The notes below the pieces were generated by a model. That model saw only the letters and a list, made by a program, of their open reading frames with translations. It ran no database searches and was not told the DNA's origin. DNA of 39,375 nucleotides from a virus (lineage: Duplodnaviria; Caudoviricetes): the IMG/VR virus record IMGVR_UViG_3300032295_003639, positions 1 through 39,375 of that record. The stretch is one strand, 5' to 3'. The translations under genes were made by a program, and so were the position numbers. Of this stretch, positions 10,330-20,362 are shown in pieces; position 1 is the first letter of the stretch, and the number at the start of each line of letters is the position of its first letter.

Positions 10330-10527
10330 ATGAGAGACGCAGTAGATCTTATAGGAAAACCAATTGTGGTTAAAGAGAAAAAATATACTATTAGTACAAT
10401 TAATTTTCTCCCATCACCAGCTCAATCAGGTAGTTATATTTGGTTTGGTTTATCATCAAATGGATCAATTTTGAATTATCCCTATGAAGATCTACTGCCT
10501 TATCTTAAAGAACAAATTAAGTTATGA
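10330..10527 (+). CDS. Hypothetical protein
   Basis: 65-aa ORF in operon, ATGA overlap with next gene. Confidence 0.65.
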   Translation: MRDAVDLIGKPIVVKEKKYTISTINFLPSPAQSGSYIWFGLSSNGSILNYPYEDLLPYLKEQIKL

Positions 10528-10775
10528 AACAAGAAGTAGAAAAAAATATTCTTATTGCCGAGAGAGTACCACCTGGGGATCAATGGAATGTAGTTGGGGT
10601 AGATGAAGTTCAAACTTCACTTACAGATGCTTTGAATGCTTATTACATGAGTGCTAAAGTAAAACCTGAAGCATTTAGACTTGAACCTTTAAAAGGAATG
10701 TTGTATATTATCACAACTGAAGAGGTAGAAGTGCTTCAACCAAAACCAAAAACATTTAATCTATACGGAGAGTAA
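10524..10775 (+). CDS. Hypothetical protein
   Basis: 83-aa ORF, translationally coupled on both sides. Confidence 0.7.
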   Translation: MKQEVEKNILIAERVPPGDQWNVVGVDEVQTSLTDALNAYYMSAKVKPEAFRLEPLKGMLYIITTEEVEVLQPKPKTFNLYGE

Positions 10776-11689
10776 TGAGAAAAAAAGAACATACATTGTG
10801 GGTTGAAAAATACCGTAGTCAAAATTTAGAAAATTACGTTGGTAATGAAAATATTAAATCTACTATAGGTAAATATCTTCAACAAAATGATATTCAAAAT
10901 TTCTTATTTTATGGTCCTGCAGGTACAGGTAAAACTACTCTTGCTAAATTAATTGTAAATAATCTTGATTGTGATTTCATGTATATCAATGCCAGTGATG
11001 AACGTGGAATTGATACAATTCGTGATAAAGTATCAGGATTTGCAAGTGCAGCATCATTTAAACCACTTAAGGTTGTAATTTTAGATGAAGCAGATTTTAT
11101 CACAATTCAAGGTCAAGCAGCACTTCGAAATGTAATTGAAACTTATTCTCGTACTACTCGTTTTATTTTAACTTGTAATTTTGTAGAACGTATTATTGAT
11201 CCACTTCAATCACGTTGCCAGGTACTTAAAATTGTTCCTCCATCAAAACAGGATATTGCAAAACATGTTGCTGGCGTATTAGAACAAGAATCAGTATCTT
11301 ATACTATGGATGATATTAAAGTTTTAGTAAACCAATTTTATCCTGATGTTAGAAAAATGCTCAATACAGCTCAATTATCGAATCAAGATGGTGAGCTACA
11401 TATAGATAAATCAGTTATAGTATCTTCTAACTACATGACTCAAGTAGTTAAAGAATTGTCAAAACCAAAACCAATTTTTAATGAAATACGTCAAATTATT
11501 GCTAACGCAAATGTCCAAGATTTTGAGGAACTTTACCGTTTCCTTTATGATAACGCTTCTGTTTATGTACCTGGGAGTGAAGGAATGGTTGCGATCTATA
11601 CTAACGAATACTCCTATCAATCGAACTTTAGAATAGATAAAGAGATCAACTGTATGGCTTTAATAGCTAGATTAATTGAATTAAAATGA
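10775..11689 (+). CDS. Clamp loader AAA+ subunit (RFC small/gp44-like)
   Basis: WVEKYR, GPAGTGKTT, INASDERGID, ILDEAD, SRC motif. Confidence 0.95.
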   Translation: MRKKEHTLWVEKYRSQNLENYVGNENIKSTIGKYLQQNDIQNFLFYGPAGTGKTTLAKLIVNNLDCDFMYINASDERGIDTIRDKVSGFASAASFKPLKVVILDEADFITIQGQAALRNVIETYSRTTRFILTCNFVERIIDPLQSRCQVLKIVPPSKQDIAKHVAGVLEQESVSYTMDDIKVLVNQFYPDVRKMLNTAQLSNQDGELHIDKSVIVSSNYMTQVVKELSKPKPIFNEIRQIIANANVQDFEELYRFLYDNASVYVPGSEGMVAIYTNEYSYQSNFRIDKEINCMALIARLIELK

Positions 11690-11889
11690 AATACTTTATA
11701 AAATACACGTTATCTTGGGTTTCACAGAACTTATCGATACCGTTTTGGATGGTTGGGCATATACATTTAATGACAACTATATACGCAGATATACATGAAA
11801 TATTAATGTCATTGGGTATGAATATTATTGTAGCAGCTGGGTTTATCCATGATTTTATAGAATATAGAAACGAAAAATTAAACAAATAA
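11686..11889 (+). CDS. Small membrane protein
   Basis: Two hydrophobic stretches; ATGA coupling. Confidence 0.6.
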   Translation: MKYFIKYTLSWVSQNLSIPFWMVGHIHLMTTIYADIHEILMSLGMNIIVAAGFIHDFIEYRNEKLNK

Positions 11890-11891
11890 AT

Positions 11892-12137
11892 ATGAATCAA
11901 AAACCTCAAATGAATGTCAACATTGACATTAAAAACACAAAAGCAATTACATCTCCAGAAGGTAATCAAGTATTCCAAGAAGGTGTAATTTTACGTAAAG
12001 TATCTCGTTTTGTAACAGGTACCCAAGAAGACGGAATCATCCCAGTTCCTGTGTTTTTCGATGTAAAAACTGGTAAAGTATTAGTAGAATTATTGCCTAA
12101 AGAATTAAGAGCAGAATTCGAAGATGACGCTGTTTGA
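11892..12137 (+). CDS. Hypothetical protein
   Basis: 81-aa ORF in operon. Confidence 0.7.
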   Translation: MNQKPQMNVNIDIKNTKAITSPEGNQVFQEGVILRKVSRFVTGTQEDGIIPVPVFFDVKTGKVLVELLPKELRAEFEDDAV

Positions 12138-12546
12138 TTGGCTTAACGAATTAACCTTTAACAAAAGGGAATGGTCATCTTTTTCAGAAGATCAGCGGGA
12201 ATCATTCAATTCTTACATGATACATAGATATGTATCGATGTATATCGGCTATGTAGAATTAGCAAATATATCACAGAAACTCCCGCTTACTGAAAAAGAA
12301 AAAATATATAATATCTACAAGACCATGTTACCAAAGAAAAAAATGTTCCTCAAGTATGTTAAAAAACAAACTAAAAACACATACGAAGATTTATTAAAAT
12401 ATGTTGCTGAATACTACCAATGTGGTTTTGGAGAAGCAGAAGAATATATTGATATTATCCGAGAAGCAGGTGTAAGAGGAATTCTTTGGGAAATGGGAGT
12501 TGATGAAAAAGAAACAGATAAATTAATTAAAAAAGCAAAGTTATGA
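12124..12546 (+). CDS. Clamp loader small subunit (gp62-like)
   Basis: FNSYMIHRYVSM ... LPKKKMFLKYVKK ... VAEYYQCG..EAEEYI resembles T4 gp62; near the gp44-like gene. Confidence 0.65.
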   Translation: MTLFDWLNELTFNKREWSSFSEDQRESFNSYMIHRYVSMYIGYVELANISQKLPLTEKEKIYNIYKTMLPKKKMFLKYVKKQTKNTYEDLLKYVAEYYQCGFGEAEEYIDIIREAGVRGILWEMGVDEKETDKLIKKAKL

Positions 12547-12764
12547 GAAATATTTTATTAGATGCAGTTTACAAACATGCCGAAGGTCATGTTGCGAAAC
12601 ATAGAGCAAATGTTGAAGTTTATCTTCACCAACCAGTTGGAATTGGAGAACATTCTGATATTATAGAAGCAATTGAAATTGAATTAGAAGCAATTGCCAA
12701 GTATCAAGATCAAATTGAAATTTTAAATCACTATTTTCCAAGAGAAAAACAAACAATTTTATAA
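12543..12764 (+). CDS. Hypothetical phage protein
   Basis: 73 aa, PVGIGEHSDI motif, coupled. Confidence 0.7.
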   Translation: MRNILLDAVYKHAEGHVAKHRANVEVYLHQPVGIGEHSDIIEAIEIELEAIAKYQDQIEILNHYFPREKQTIL

Positions 12765-12767
12765 GTT

Positions 12768-13145
12768 ATGATTACTGAAAATACAGGTTATGATCCTACG
12801 GGAGCAGGAAAGGCTATTTCTGATTTTGAAAAGACTTATCCAACATTAGCGGAAGCTTTTAAAGAAAATCAACAAGAACAATATGAGTTATTTGCTCGTA
12901 AAATGATGGATTACGGTTTGGCAAATATTTCTCTTGGTACTACCCTTGAGGAATCGGATGATATACAACTTTCATTGACTGGAATTTGGTTGCGTTGTAA
13001 TGACAAAATAAATCGCTTAAAAAACATGTTAAAACGTAAAGGTTATAATTATGTTCAAGACGAACCAATGATTGATAGTTTTATAGATATTGCTAACTAT
13101 GGAATTATCGCTCAGTTAGTAATGAAAGGTAAATGGAAAAAATAA
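12768..13145 (+). CDS. DUF1599 / nucleotide-modification-associated helical domain protein
   Basis: K..DYG..NI ... DKINRLKN ... DSFIDIANYGII. Confidence 0.8.
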   Translation: MITENTGYDPTGAGKAISDFEKTYPTLAEAFKENQQEQYELFARKMMDYGLANISLGTTLEESDDIQLSLTGIWLRCNDKINRLKNMLKRKGYNYVQDEPMIDSFIDIANYGIIAQLVMKGKWKK

Positions 13146-13149
13146 CATT

Positions 13150-13680
13150 ATGCCAAGTAGTCTTCACCTTCACAAAGAAGCAATCTTTGAACATATTCGT
13201 ACAGTTGTTCTAGAATATTTACCTAAACGCTACAAAATACTAGATGTAGGCCCAGGCATTGGGATTTATGGGAGTAATCTTACAGATTTAAATATTGATG
13301 CTATAGAAATTTATGAACCATATATTGAAAAATATAAAATCAAAAACTACTATAGAAATGTATTTGTAGGAGATATTTTAGAATTTAACTATGATGATTA
13401 CGATTATATTATTATAGGAGATGTTTTAGAACATATTCATGTCGAAGCAGCTCAGAAATTAATTAAAGATATTACCTTAAAAGGTATTAAATGCCTAGTC
13501 TCAGTTCCTTTTCTATGCCCCCAAGGTGCAGTAGATGGAGTAGAATCTGAAATACACCATCAAGCAGATCTAACCCCAAGAATAATGAAATCTAGATATC
13601 CAGAATTAGAAATATATTTAAGTACTAATATGACTAATGGATATGCTTATTACACAAATTACCTTAAATGGGTTAAATAA
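13150..13680 (+). CDS. Class I SAM-dependent methyltransferase
   Basis: ILDVGPGIG, IDAIE, GDI, GDVLEHI. Confidence 0.85.
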   Translation: MPSSLHLHKEAIFEHIRTVVLEYLPKRYKILDVGPGIGIYGSNLTDLNIDAIEIYEPYIEKYKIKNYYRNVFVGDILEFNYDDYDYIIIGDVLEHIHVEAAQKLIKDITLKGIKCLVSVPFLCPQGAVDGVESEIHHQADLTPRIMKSRYPELEIYLSTNMTNGYAYYTNYLKWVK

Positions 13681-13685
13681 AAGTT

Positions 13686-14633
13686 TTGGCTAAAAAGAAA
13701 AAAATACCACAAATTCTTAAACAAATTAAGAATCAACCCTTACGAGAAGTAAACTATGCCTTTGAAAAAGCTATTTCCTATAGTCAATTCTCGGTATTTC
13801 AAAATTGTCCTCGTAAATGGTCTTTACAGTATAGAGACGGTTTTTATACATCAGAACAATCGATCCACATGACTTTTGGGACGGCGTTGCATGAAACGAT
13901 ACAGCATTATATAACAACTATATATGAACAAAGTGCAGCAGCTGCTGATAGAATTGATTTAAAAGAATTATTTGAAGAACGTTTTAGGGAAACCTACCTT
14001 AAAGACTACAAATCTAATAAAAATATCCATTTTAGTAACTCAATTGAAATGAATGAGTTTTTTGAAGATGGATTAGCTATTTTAGATTTTTTATCTAAAA
14101 AACGAGGATCATATTTTAGTAAAAGAGGATGGTATTTAGTAGGTTGTGAAATACCTCTTGTTGTTACCCCAAATCCTCAATATCCAAATATTCTTTATAA
14201 AGGTTATTTAGATGTTGTTTTGTATAATGAAACTATGAATAAGTTTTTAATTCTTGATATCAAAACATCTACAAGAGGTTGGGGTGATAAGGAAAAGAAA
14301 GATGAATTAAAACAATTCCAACTTATTCTTTATAAAAAATATTTATCCCAACAGTATAATATTCCTGTAGATGATATTGACATTGAATTTTTTATTGTTA
14401 AACGAAAAATATGGGAAGAATCAGATTTCGCTATTAAACGCATCCAGCAATTTAAACCAGCATCTGGTAAAGTTAAAATAAATAAAGCACATATAGCGGT
14501 TAACAATTTTATTCAAGAGGTATTTAATATTGATGGTTCTCATAAAACCCAAGTACATATCCCTAACCCTTCAGCCTTTAATTGTCGATTTTGTCCTTTT
14601 AAAGACAATAAAGAATTATGTGATAAGGGTTAA
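13686..14633 (+). CDS. PD-(D/E)XK (RecB/Cas4-like) exonuclease
   Basis: SYSQ...CPRKW, FGTALHE, GYLD...ILDIKTS, QLILY, terminal CRFCPF....C; TTG start after AAAAGTT. Confidence 0.88.
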   Translation: MAKKKKIPQILKQIKNQPLREVNYAFEKAISYSQFSVFQNCPRKWSLQYRDGFYTSEQSIHMTFGTALHETIQHYITTIYEQSAAAADRIDLKELFEERFRETYLKDYKSNKNIHFSNSIEMNEFFEDGLAILDFLSKKRGSYFSKRGWYLVGCEIPLVVTPNPQYPNILYKGYLDVVLYNETMNKFLILDIKTSTRGWGDKEKKDELKQFQLILYKKYLSQQYNIPVDDIDIEFFIVKRKIWEESDFAIKRIQQFKPASGKVKINKAHIAVNNFIQEVFNIDGSHKTQVHIPNPSAFNCRFCPFKDNKELCDKG

Positions 14634-14646
14634 TCTAACAGAATCC

Positions 14647-14660
14647 TAATATATTTATAT
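14647..14660 (+). promoter_or_regulatory. Class-II motif heading the glycan operon
   Basis: TAATATATTTATAT, identical to 8036-8049. Confidence 0.5.
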
Positions 14661-14683
14661 ACAACAATTAAAAAATAAAATTT

Positions 14684-14875
14684 ATGAGTAAAAAAGACAT
14701 GACGTTGACCTCTGTAAAAGTACAGAGCGAGTTATTCGAAAATTTCAAGATTGCTTGCGTAAAATACAAATTTTCTCTACAAAAGCTTGCTGATCGAACA
14801 ATTCATTTGTATCTTACCGATGAAGATTTTAGAAAAAAAGTACACAATCACAACAACCTAGAAATTAACGATTAA
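14684..14875 (+). CDS. Ribbon-helix-helix-like small DNA-binding protein
   Basis: LTSVKV strand followed by two helices (ELFENFKIAC / SLQKLADRTIHLY). Confidence 0.55.
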   Translation: MSKKDMTLTSVKVQSELFENFKIACVKYKFSLQKLADRTIHLYLTDEDFRKKVHNHNNLEIND

Positions 14876-14896
14876 AAATTAAATTAAATTAGTTAC

Positions 14897-16339
14897 ATGA
14901 ATAATAGTTTTGCATACCTGCCACCAGAGCAGAGGAAAAAAATTCTCTTAATTTGTGATGATATCCGAGTTCATTCGGGAGTAGCAACAGTAGGACGAGA
15001 AGTAGTAGTACACACCTGTCAACATTTTAACTGGGTAAACATTGGGGGATCTATTAATCACCCTGAAGTTGGTAAACGTTTAGATTTATCTCAAGCAACT
15101 AATGAAGTTGCATCAATAAACGATTCATCAGTTATAATGTATCCGACTAATGATTATGGTGATCCAACACTTCTTCGTAATATTATTGAAATTGAAAAAC
15201 CGGATGCAATTATGTTGATCACAGATCCACGTTATTTTATTTGGTTGTTTTCAATTGAAAACGAAATTAGAAAAAACATTCCCATCACATATCTAAACAT
15301 TTGGGATGATTACCCAGCACCTCATTATAATAAAGCATTTTATGAAGCATGTGATTTATTGATGGGAATTAGTAAACAAACAGTAAATATCAATAAACTT
15401 GTTTTAGGTGATAAAGCTGAAAATAAAATCATCAGATATGTTCCTCATGGATTAAATGAAAAATTATATTTTCCAATTAATCAAGACCATGAATTGTATC
15501 CTCAATTCCAGGAATTTAAAAAATCGTTGTTGCAAGGAAAAGAGTATGATTTTGTATTATTCTTTAATTCAAGAAATATTCGCCGTAAACAAATTCCTGA
15601 TACAATGTTAGCTTATAAGTATTTCATTGATCAACTCCCAATAGAACAAGCCAAAAAATGTGCTTTTGTACTTCATACAGAAATGGTAAGTGATCATGGA
15701 ACCGATCTTCCAGTTATTAAAGAATTACTATTAAATGAAGAACAATATAATATAATCTTCACTAATAAAATAATGAATGCTACTGAAATGAATTTCCTTT
15801 ATAATTCTTCAGATGCACAAATTCTTTTAACATCTAATGAAGGTTGGGGATTGTCATTAACTGAAGCTATATTAGCTGGTAACCCAATTATTGCTAATGT
15901 AACTGGAGGAATGCAAGATCAAATGAGATTTGAAGATGAAGATGGAAATTGGTTTACCCCTTCAGCTGAAATTCCTTCTAACAATACAGGCAAATATAAA
16001 AAATGCGGTGAATGGGCTTTCCCAGTATTCCCAAATAACCGTTCAATTCAAGGTTCACCTCAAACTCCTTATATTTGGGATGATAGATGTCGTCCTGAAG
16101 ATGCTGCTGAACAAATTATGGCTGTTTATTCTTTACCAAAAGAAGAACGTAAAGCTAAAGGTTTGAAAGGTAGAGAATGGGCATTGACTGAAGCTGGATT
16201 TACAGGTCCTATTCAAGGTGAGAGAATTATTGAAGCATTTGATACATTATTTGAAACTTGGAAACCAAGAGAAAAATATGAATTAATTAATGCTAATGAA
16301 ATAAAAGATAGAGTTATAAATCATAATTTGTTATATTAA
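14897..16339 (+). CDS. GT-B (GT4-like) glycosyltransferase
   Basis: HSGVATV, VPHG, SRNIRRK, EGWGLSLTEA (EX7E). Confidence 0.88.
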   Translation: MNNSFAYLPPEQRKKILLICDDIRVHSGVATVGREVVVHTCQHFNWVNIGGSINHPEVGKRLDLSQATNEVASINDSSVIMYPTNDYGDPTLLRNIIEIEKPDAIMLITDPRYFIWLFSIENEIRKNIPITYLNIWDDYPAPHYNKAFYEACDLLMGISKQTVNINKLVLGDKAENKIIRYVPHGLNEKLYFPINQDHELYPQFQEFKKSLLQGKEYDFVLFFNSRNIRRKQIPDTMLAYKYFIDQLPIEQAKKCAFVLHTEMVSDHGTDLPVIKELLLNEEQYNIIFTNKIMNATEMNFLYNSSDAQILLTSNEGWGLSLTEAILAGNPIIANVTGGMQDQMRFEDEDGNWFTPSAEIPSNNTGKYKKCGEWAFPVFPNNRSIQGSPQTPYIWDDRCRPEDAAEQIMAVYSLPKEERKAKGLKGREWALTEAGFTGPIQGERIIEAFDTLFETWKPREKYELINANEIKDRVINHNLLY

Positions 16340-16340
16340 A

Positions 16341-17642
16341 ATGAAACCATTATTCGTTATAAGTTCCCCTTTTGATACCTACAGTGGCTACGGTGCTCGT
16401 TCAAGGGATTTAATTAAAGCCATTATTGAAACAAACAAATATACTGTGAGATTATTATCTCAACGTTGGGGTGCTACTCCGTTTGGTTTTTGTAAAGATA
16501 ACCCTGAATGGGCATTTTTGTTAGATTTAACTCTTTCAAATAATCAACTCCCTAAACAACCTGAAATATGGGCTCAGGTAACTATTCCAAGTGAATTCCA
16601 ACCTATTGGAAAATACAATATTGGTTTTACAGCTGGTATAGAAACTACTATTGCCCCAGCAGATTGGATTGAAGGTTGTAATAGAATGGATCTTAATGTT
16701 GTATCCTCAGAACACTCAAAACATATATTTTTAAATTCTTCTTTTGAAAAACGCAATCGTCAAACAAATGCTTTAGAAGGTACTATCAAATTAGAAAAAC
16801 CTATTGAAGTATTGTTTGAAGGTGTTAACACTGATGTTTATAAAGTATTAGAAAAAAATACTAATAAAAATATTGATTTAAGCTCCATCAAAGAAGAATT
16901 TGCTTATTTGTTTGTAGGTCACTGGATTGCTGGTGATATGGGTGAGGATAGAAAGAATGTAGGTTTATTGGTAAAAGCATTTTATGAAATATTTAAAAAC
17001 AAAACCAAAAAACCAGCATTAATTCTTAAAACATCTCAAGTAGGTTCATCTTATGTTGATAGAGAGGAAATTCTTAAAAAAATTAAACAAATAAAAGAAA
17101 CAGTAAATTCTAAAAACCTACCAAATGTTTATTTACTTCATGGTGAGTTTACTGATGAAGAAATGAATGAACTATATAATAATCCTAAAGTTAAAGCTAT
17201 GGTTAACTTAACTAAAGGCGAAGGATTTGGTCGTCCATTACTTGAATTTACTTTAACCAAAAAGCCACTCATTACCACAGGATGGTCAGGCCATGTAGAT
17301 TTCCTCAACCCAGAATTTACTAATTTAATTCCAGGTCAATTAACAAATGTACATCAAAGTGCTGCTAATCAGTGGTTGATACCTGAATCTCAATGGTTAT
17401 CTGTAGATAATGGTCAAGCAGGTTTCTACATAAAAGATGTATTTGAAAACTATAAAAACTATACTGAGAAAGCTAAACGTCAAGCATTTTACAGTAAAAC
17501 AAATTTCAGTTGGGAAAAAATGAAAGAAAAATTAGATAATCTTTTAGATTCTTCTCTTCCTGAATTTCCAAAAGAAGTTTCTTTAAAACTTCCAACTATT
17601 AAAAAAATTGAATTACCTAAAAAAGAAAAAATAAATGGATAA
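16341..17642 (+). CDS. GT-B (GT4-like) glycosyltransferase
   Basis: SGYGARSRD, DRKNVG, GEGFGRPLLEF, TGWSGHVDF. Confidence 0.88.
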   Translation: MKPLFVISSPFDTYSGYGARSRDLIKAIIETNKYTVRLLSQRWGATPFGFCKDNPEWAFLLDLTLSNNQLPKQPEIWAQVTIPSEFQPIGKYNIGFTAGIETTIAPADWIEGCNRMDLNVVSSEHSKHIFLNSSFEKRNRQTNALEGTIKLEKPIEVLFEGVNTDVYKVLEKNTNKNIDLSSIKEEFAYLFVGHWIAGDMGEDRKNVGLLVKAFYEIFKNKTKKPALILKTSQVGSSYVDREEILKKIKQIKETVNSKNLPNVYLLHGEFTDEEMNELYNNPKVKAMVNLTKGEGFGRPLLEFTLTKKPLITTGWSGHVDFLNPEFTNLIPGQLTNVHQSAANQWLIPESQWLSVDNGQAGFYIKDVFENYKNYTEKAKRQAFYSKTNFSWEKMKEKLDNLLDSSLPEFPKEVSLKLPTIKKIELPKKEKING

Positions 17643-18090
17643 TCTAATTAATTGCTCCCGTTGCGGTTCAGACGCGTGTTATGTTGAAGAGGTGAATCAA
17701 GATATTAAAACTTACTTTTGTTATGGATGCGGTTTTCAAACCAATTCCATAATGAAAGAAGGAGAAGAATTCTTTGAAGAACAATCAAAAATTCTACCTG
17801 AACTTTATAAAGATTTATTTTATAAAGATGAAGATGGAAAGATTTGGATGGCATCATCAATAAATTTACCTCAACAAGGTATGATATTTGCTAACGGACC
17901 TTCTAAAGAAGATTGGGGCTGGGCAGCTGTAAAAGCAGTCCAAGTCACAGAAGAAGAAAAAGAAAAATACCCAATCCCCGGAAAAAAAGGAGAATATTAC
18001 ACATGGAGAATGGATATGACTACACTAAAAATGTTCTCTGAGCGTGATTATATAGAAGCACTTTCGTATATTGGAGTATTACCTGAATAA
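17635..18090 (+). CDS. Zinc-ribbon hypothetical protein
   Basis: CSRCGS ... CYGCGF. Confidence 0.7.
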   Translation: MDNLINCSRCGSDACYVEEVNQDIKTYFCYGCGFQTNSIMKEGEEFFEEQSKILPELYKDLFYKDEDGKIWMASSINLPQQGMIFANGPSKEDWGWAAVKAVQVTEEEKEKYPIPGKKGEYYTWRMDMTTLKMFSERDYIEALSYIGVLPE

Positions 18091-18101
18091 ATTATATTAT
18101 T

Positions 18102-18737
18102 ATGAAAATAAGTTATGGATTAACCGTGTGTAATGAACACGAAGAGTTACAAAATCTAATTGAGTATTTAGTTAAAAGAATGGATGGGGAAGACGAAATT
18201 GTAGTAGTCTATGATCAAAATAGAGTAACCCCAGAAGTATTAAAGGTTATAGAAGATTATAAAGAAGAAGCAACTGCTTATCCTTTTAATTTTCAACAAA
18301 ATTTCCTTGAAAACAAAAACTTTATGAATAGCAAATGTACTGGGGATTATATTTTCCAAATTGATGCTGATGAAATTCCTGAAAGTTTTTTAGTAGAAAA
18401 TCTAAAAGTAATTTTAGAAGACAATCCTGTAGATCTATTAATTACACCTCGTAAAAACCTAGTTGCAGGATTAACCCCAGAACACATCCAAAAGTGGGGG
18501 TGGAACGTAAATGAAGAAGGTTGGGTTAACTGGCCTGATGCTCAAAAACGTATTTACAAAAACACCTCCGAAATTCAATGGTCAGGTCACCAAGTACACG
18601 GAATGGTTGAAGGTTATAAAACATTTGCAACATTACCGTTTTCTGAAGAATGGAGTATTATCCATAATAAGACAATCGACCGTCAAGAAAATCAAAATGA
18701 ACGTTATACAAAAATTGAAATTGGTGAATTAAAATGA
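18102..18737 (+). CDS. GT2 glycosyltransferase
   Basis: ISYGLTVCNE, GDYIFQIDADE, WPD.Q.R, VHG. Confidence 0.88.
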   Translation: MKISYGLTVCNEHEELQNLIEYLVKRMDGEDEIVVVYDQNRVTPEVLKVIEDYKEEATAYPFNFQQNFLENKNFMNSKCTGDYIFQIDADEIPESFLVENLKVILEDNPVDLLITPRKNLVAGLTPEHIQKWGWNVNEEGWVNWPDAQKRIYKNTSEIQWSGHQVHGMVEGYKTFATLPFSEEWSIIHNKTIDRQENQNERYTKIEIGELK

Positions 18738-19135
18738 GAAAGTACCTCCCAACTCTTAGTGAATTAGTAGATAGATTATCTATTGTACAATTAAAAGAAG
18801 TGTTCATCCCAGAACACAAAAGTGAATACTCACAAGAAATTGCTGATATTGTTCACGATATTCAAGTATTGCTTGATGAACAAAATGGTAAAATAACAGC
18901 TGAAACAATCCGTGCTATTGTTGTTTTATCTCAAATGAATCTTCATATTTGGCATAATGAGTCTAATTATCGTAAAGGTATTAAAGACGGTAATAACCTA
19001 GAACTAACACATGGTTTAAATGGTATCCGTAATGTTGCTAAAAATCGTATTCAAGAAGTAGTAGGTGGTCGTAAAGATTATAAAATTGATTGTTTAGCTG
19101 CCGATTTTAAAGATTGGGAAATATCATGGGAATAG
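18734..19135 (+). CDS. Helical protein (DUF4254/DUF6165-like)
   Basis: ELVDRLSIVQLK ... N..IWHNE..R ... NGIRN..KNRI. Confidence 0.55.
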   Translation: MRKYLPTLSELVDRLSIVQLKEVFIPEHKSEYSQEIADIVHDIQVLLDEQNGKITAETIRAIVVLSQMNLHIWHNESNYRKGIKDGNNLELTHGLNGIRNVAKNRIQEVVGGRKDYKIDCLAADFKDWEISWE

Positions 19136-19848
19136 TAGAACGTACTCGAAAAGAAACTAAACCTTTTCTATCAATAATCTTACCTAGTAGAAAAAGAGTT
19201 GAAATGTTAAATGAAACTCTTTATTCAATATATTCACTAGCTGATTTGGATAATCCAAATTTTGAGATTATAATCAAAGTTGATTTTGATGATCATGAAA
19301 CATTAGACTATATAAAAAATTGGTCTAATGAATATGAAAATTTACATTTTATTATAAATTCACGTAAAAAAGGATTTTTAAATTTAGTAGATTTTCTAGA
19401 AGATATGATGGATTTAGCTAAAGGAAAATATATTTTAGCAGCTAACGATGATATGATGTTTAAAACACAAAATTGGAATACAATTTTAGATAAATGTCTA
19501 ACTGACTTTAAAATTTATTTTCCTTATGTAAACGGATATAGAGAATCTTTTTGGTGTATTCCTAAAGAATTATATACTGCTTTAGGACATGTTGCACCTC
19601 ATAATCAAACGGATACTTATTTAAATTGGTTAGGTCAAGTATTAGGAATTGTAGAATACATAGATGATATTGAATTATATCATAGGTTTGATTACGAAGA
19701 TGAAACAGCATCTGATAAAGTTGATGTAATTGATATTAACTATGCTAGTAGAGATTATCATAGAAATTCCCCTGAATTTAAAGAAGATATAAAAATACTT
19801 CAAAATCTTTTAGGTATAGAAAAACTAAACCCAATAACAAAAAACTAA
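19126..19848 (+). CDS. GT2 glycosyltransferase
   Basis: LSIILPSRKR, VDFDD, ANDDMMF; ATG at 19126 preferred over TTG at 19114. Confidence 0.8.
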   Translation: MGIVERTRKETKPFLSIILPSRKRVEMLNETLYSIYSLADLDNPNFEIIIKVDFDDHETLDYIKNWSNEYENLHFIINSRKKGFLNLVDFLEDMMDLAKGKYILAANDDMMFKTQNWNTILDKCLTDFKIYFPYVNGYRESFWCIPKELYTALGHVAPHNQTDTYLNWLGQVLGIVEYIDDIELYHRFDYEDETASDKVDVIDINYASRDYHRNSPEFKEDIKILQNLLGIEKLNPITKN

Positions 19849-20324
19849 TGATATTTCCTGAGGTAAAAATATTCAAACCTGGTGCTTTTGAAGATTATAG
19901 AGGTGAACTTTATACCCTATTCAAACAAGAAGAACATGATTTAGTTTTTAACCATGATAAAGTTTCAATTTCAAGACAAAATGTGTTGAGAGGAATGCAT
20001 GGTGATTCAAAATCATGGAAATATATTTCTTGCCTTTCAGGTGAAATATATTTAGTAGTTGTTGATAATAGGCCTGAATCCCCAAATTATTTAAAATGGG
20101 ATTGGATAATGATTACATCAAAAAATAGAACATCAGTTTTAATACCCCCTAATTTTGCTAATGGACATTATATTTTAAGCCCTGAAGCAACACTTTTTTA
20201 CAAATGGTCTTATCCAGGTGATTATCCTGATGTTCAAGATCAATTTACATTAAAATGGAATGACCCTAAAATAGGAATTGATTGGCCTACTTCAAATCCT
20301 ATTTTATCTAAACGTGATTCCTAA
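19848..20324 (+). CDS. RmlC-family NDP-4-keto-sugar 3,5-epimerase (resembles Campylobacter heptose epimerases MlghB/DdahB)
   Basis: DYRGE, HDK.S.S..NVLRGMHGD.K, PPNFANGH, YKWSY.G.Y.D..DQFT..WNDP.IGIDWP..PILS.RD. Confidence 0.88.
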   Translation: MIFPEVKIFKPGAFEDYRGELYTLFKQEEHDLVFNHDKVSISRQNVLRGMHGDSKSWKYISCLSGEIYLVVVDNRPESPNYLKWDWIMITSKNRTSVLIPPNFANGHYILSPEATLFYKWSYPGDYPDVQDQFTLKWNDPKIGIDWPTSNPILSKRDS

Positions 20325-20362
20325 AAAAAAGATTATTATATTAACGTCAAAAATAGAATAAA

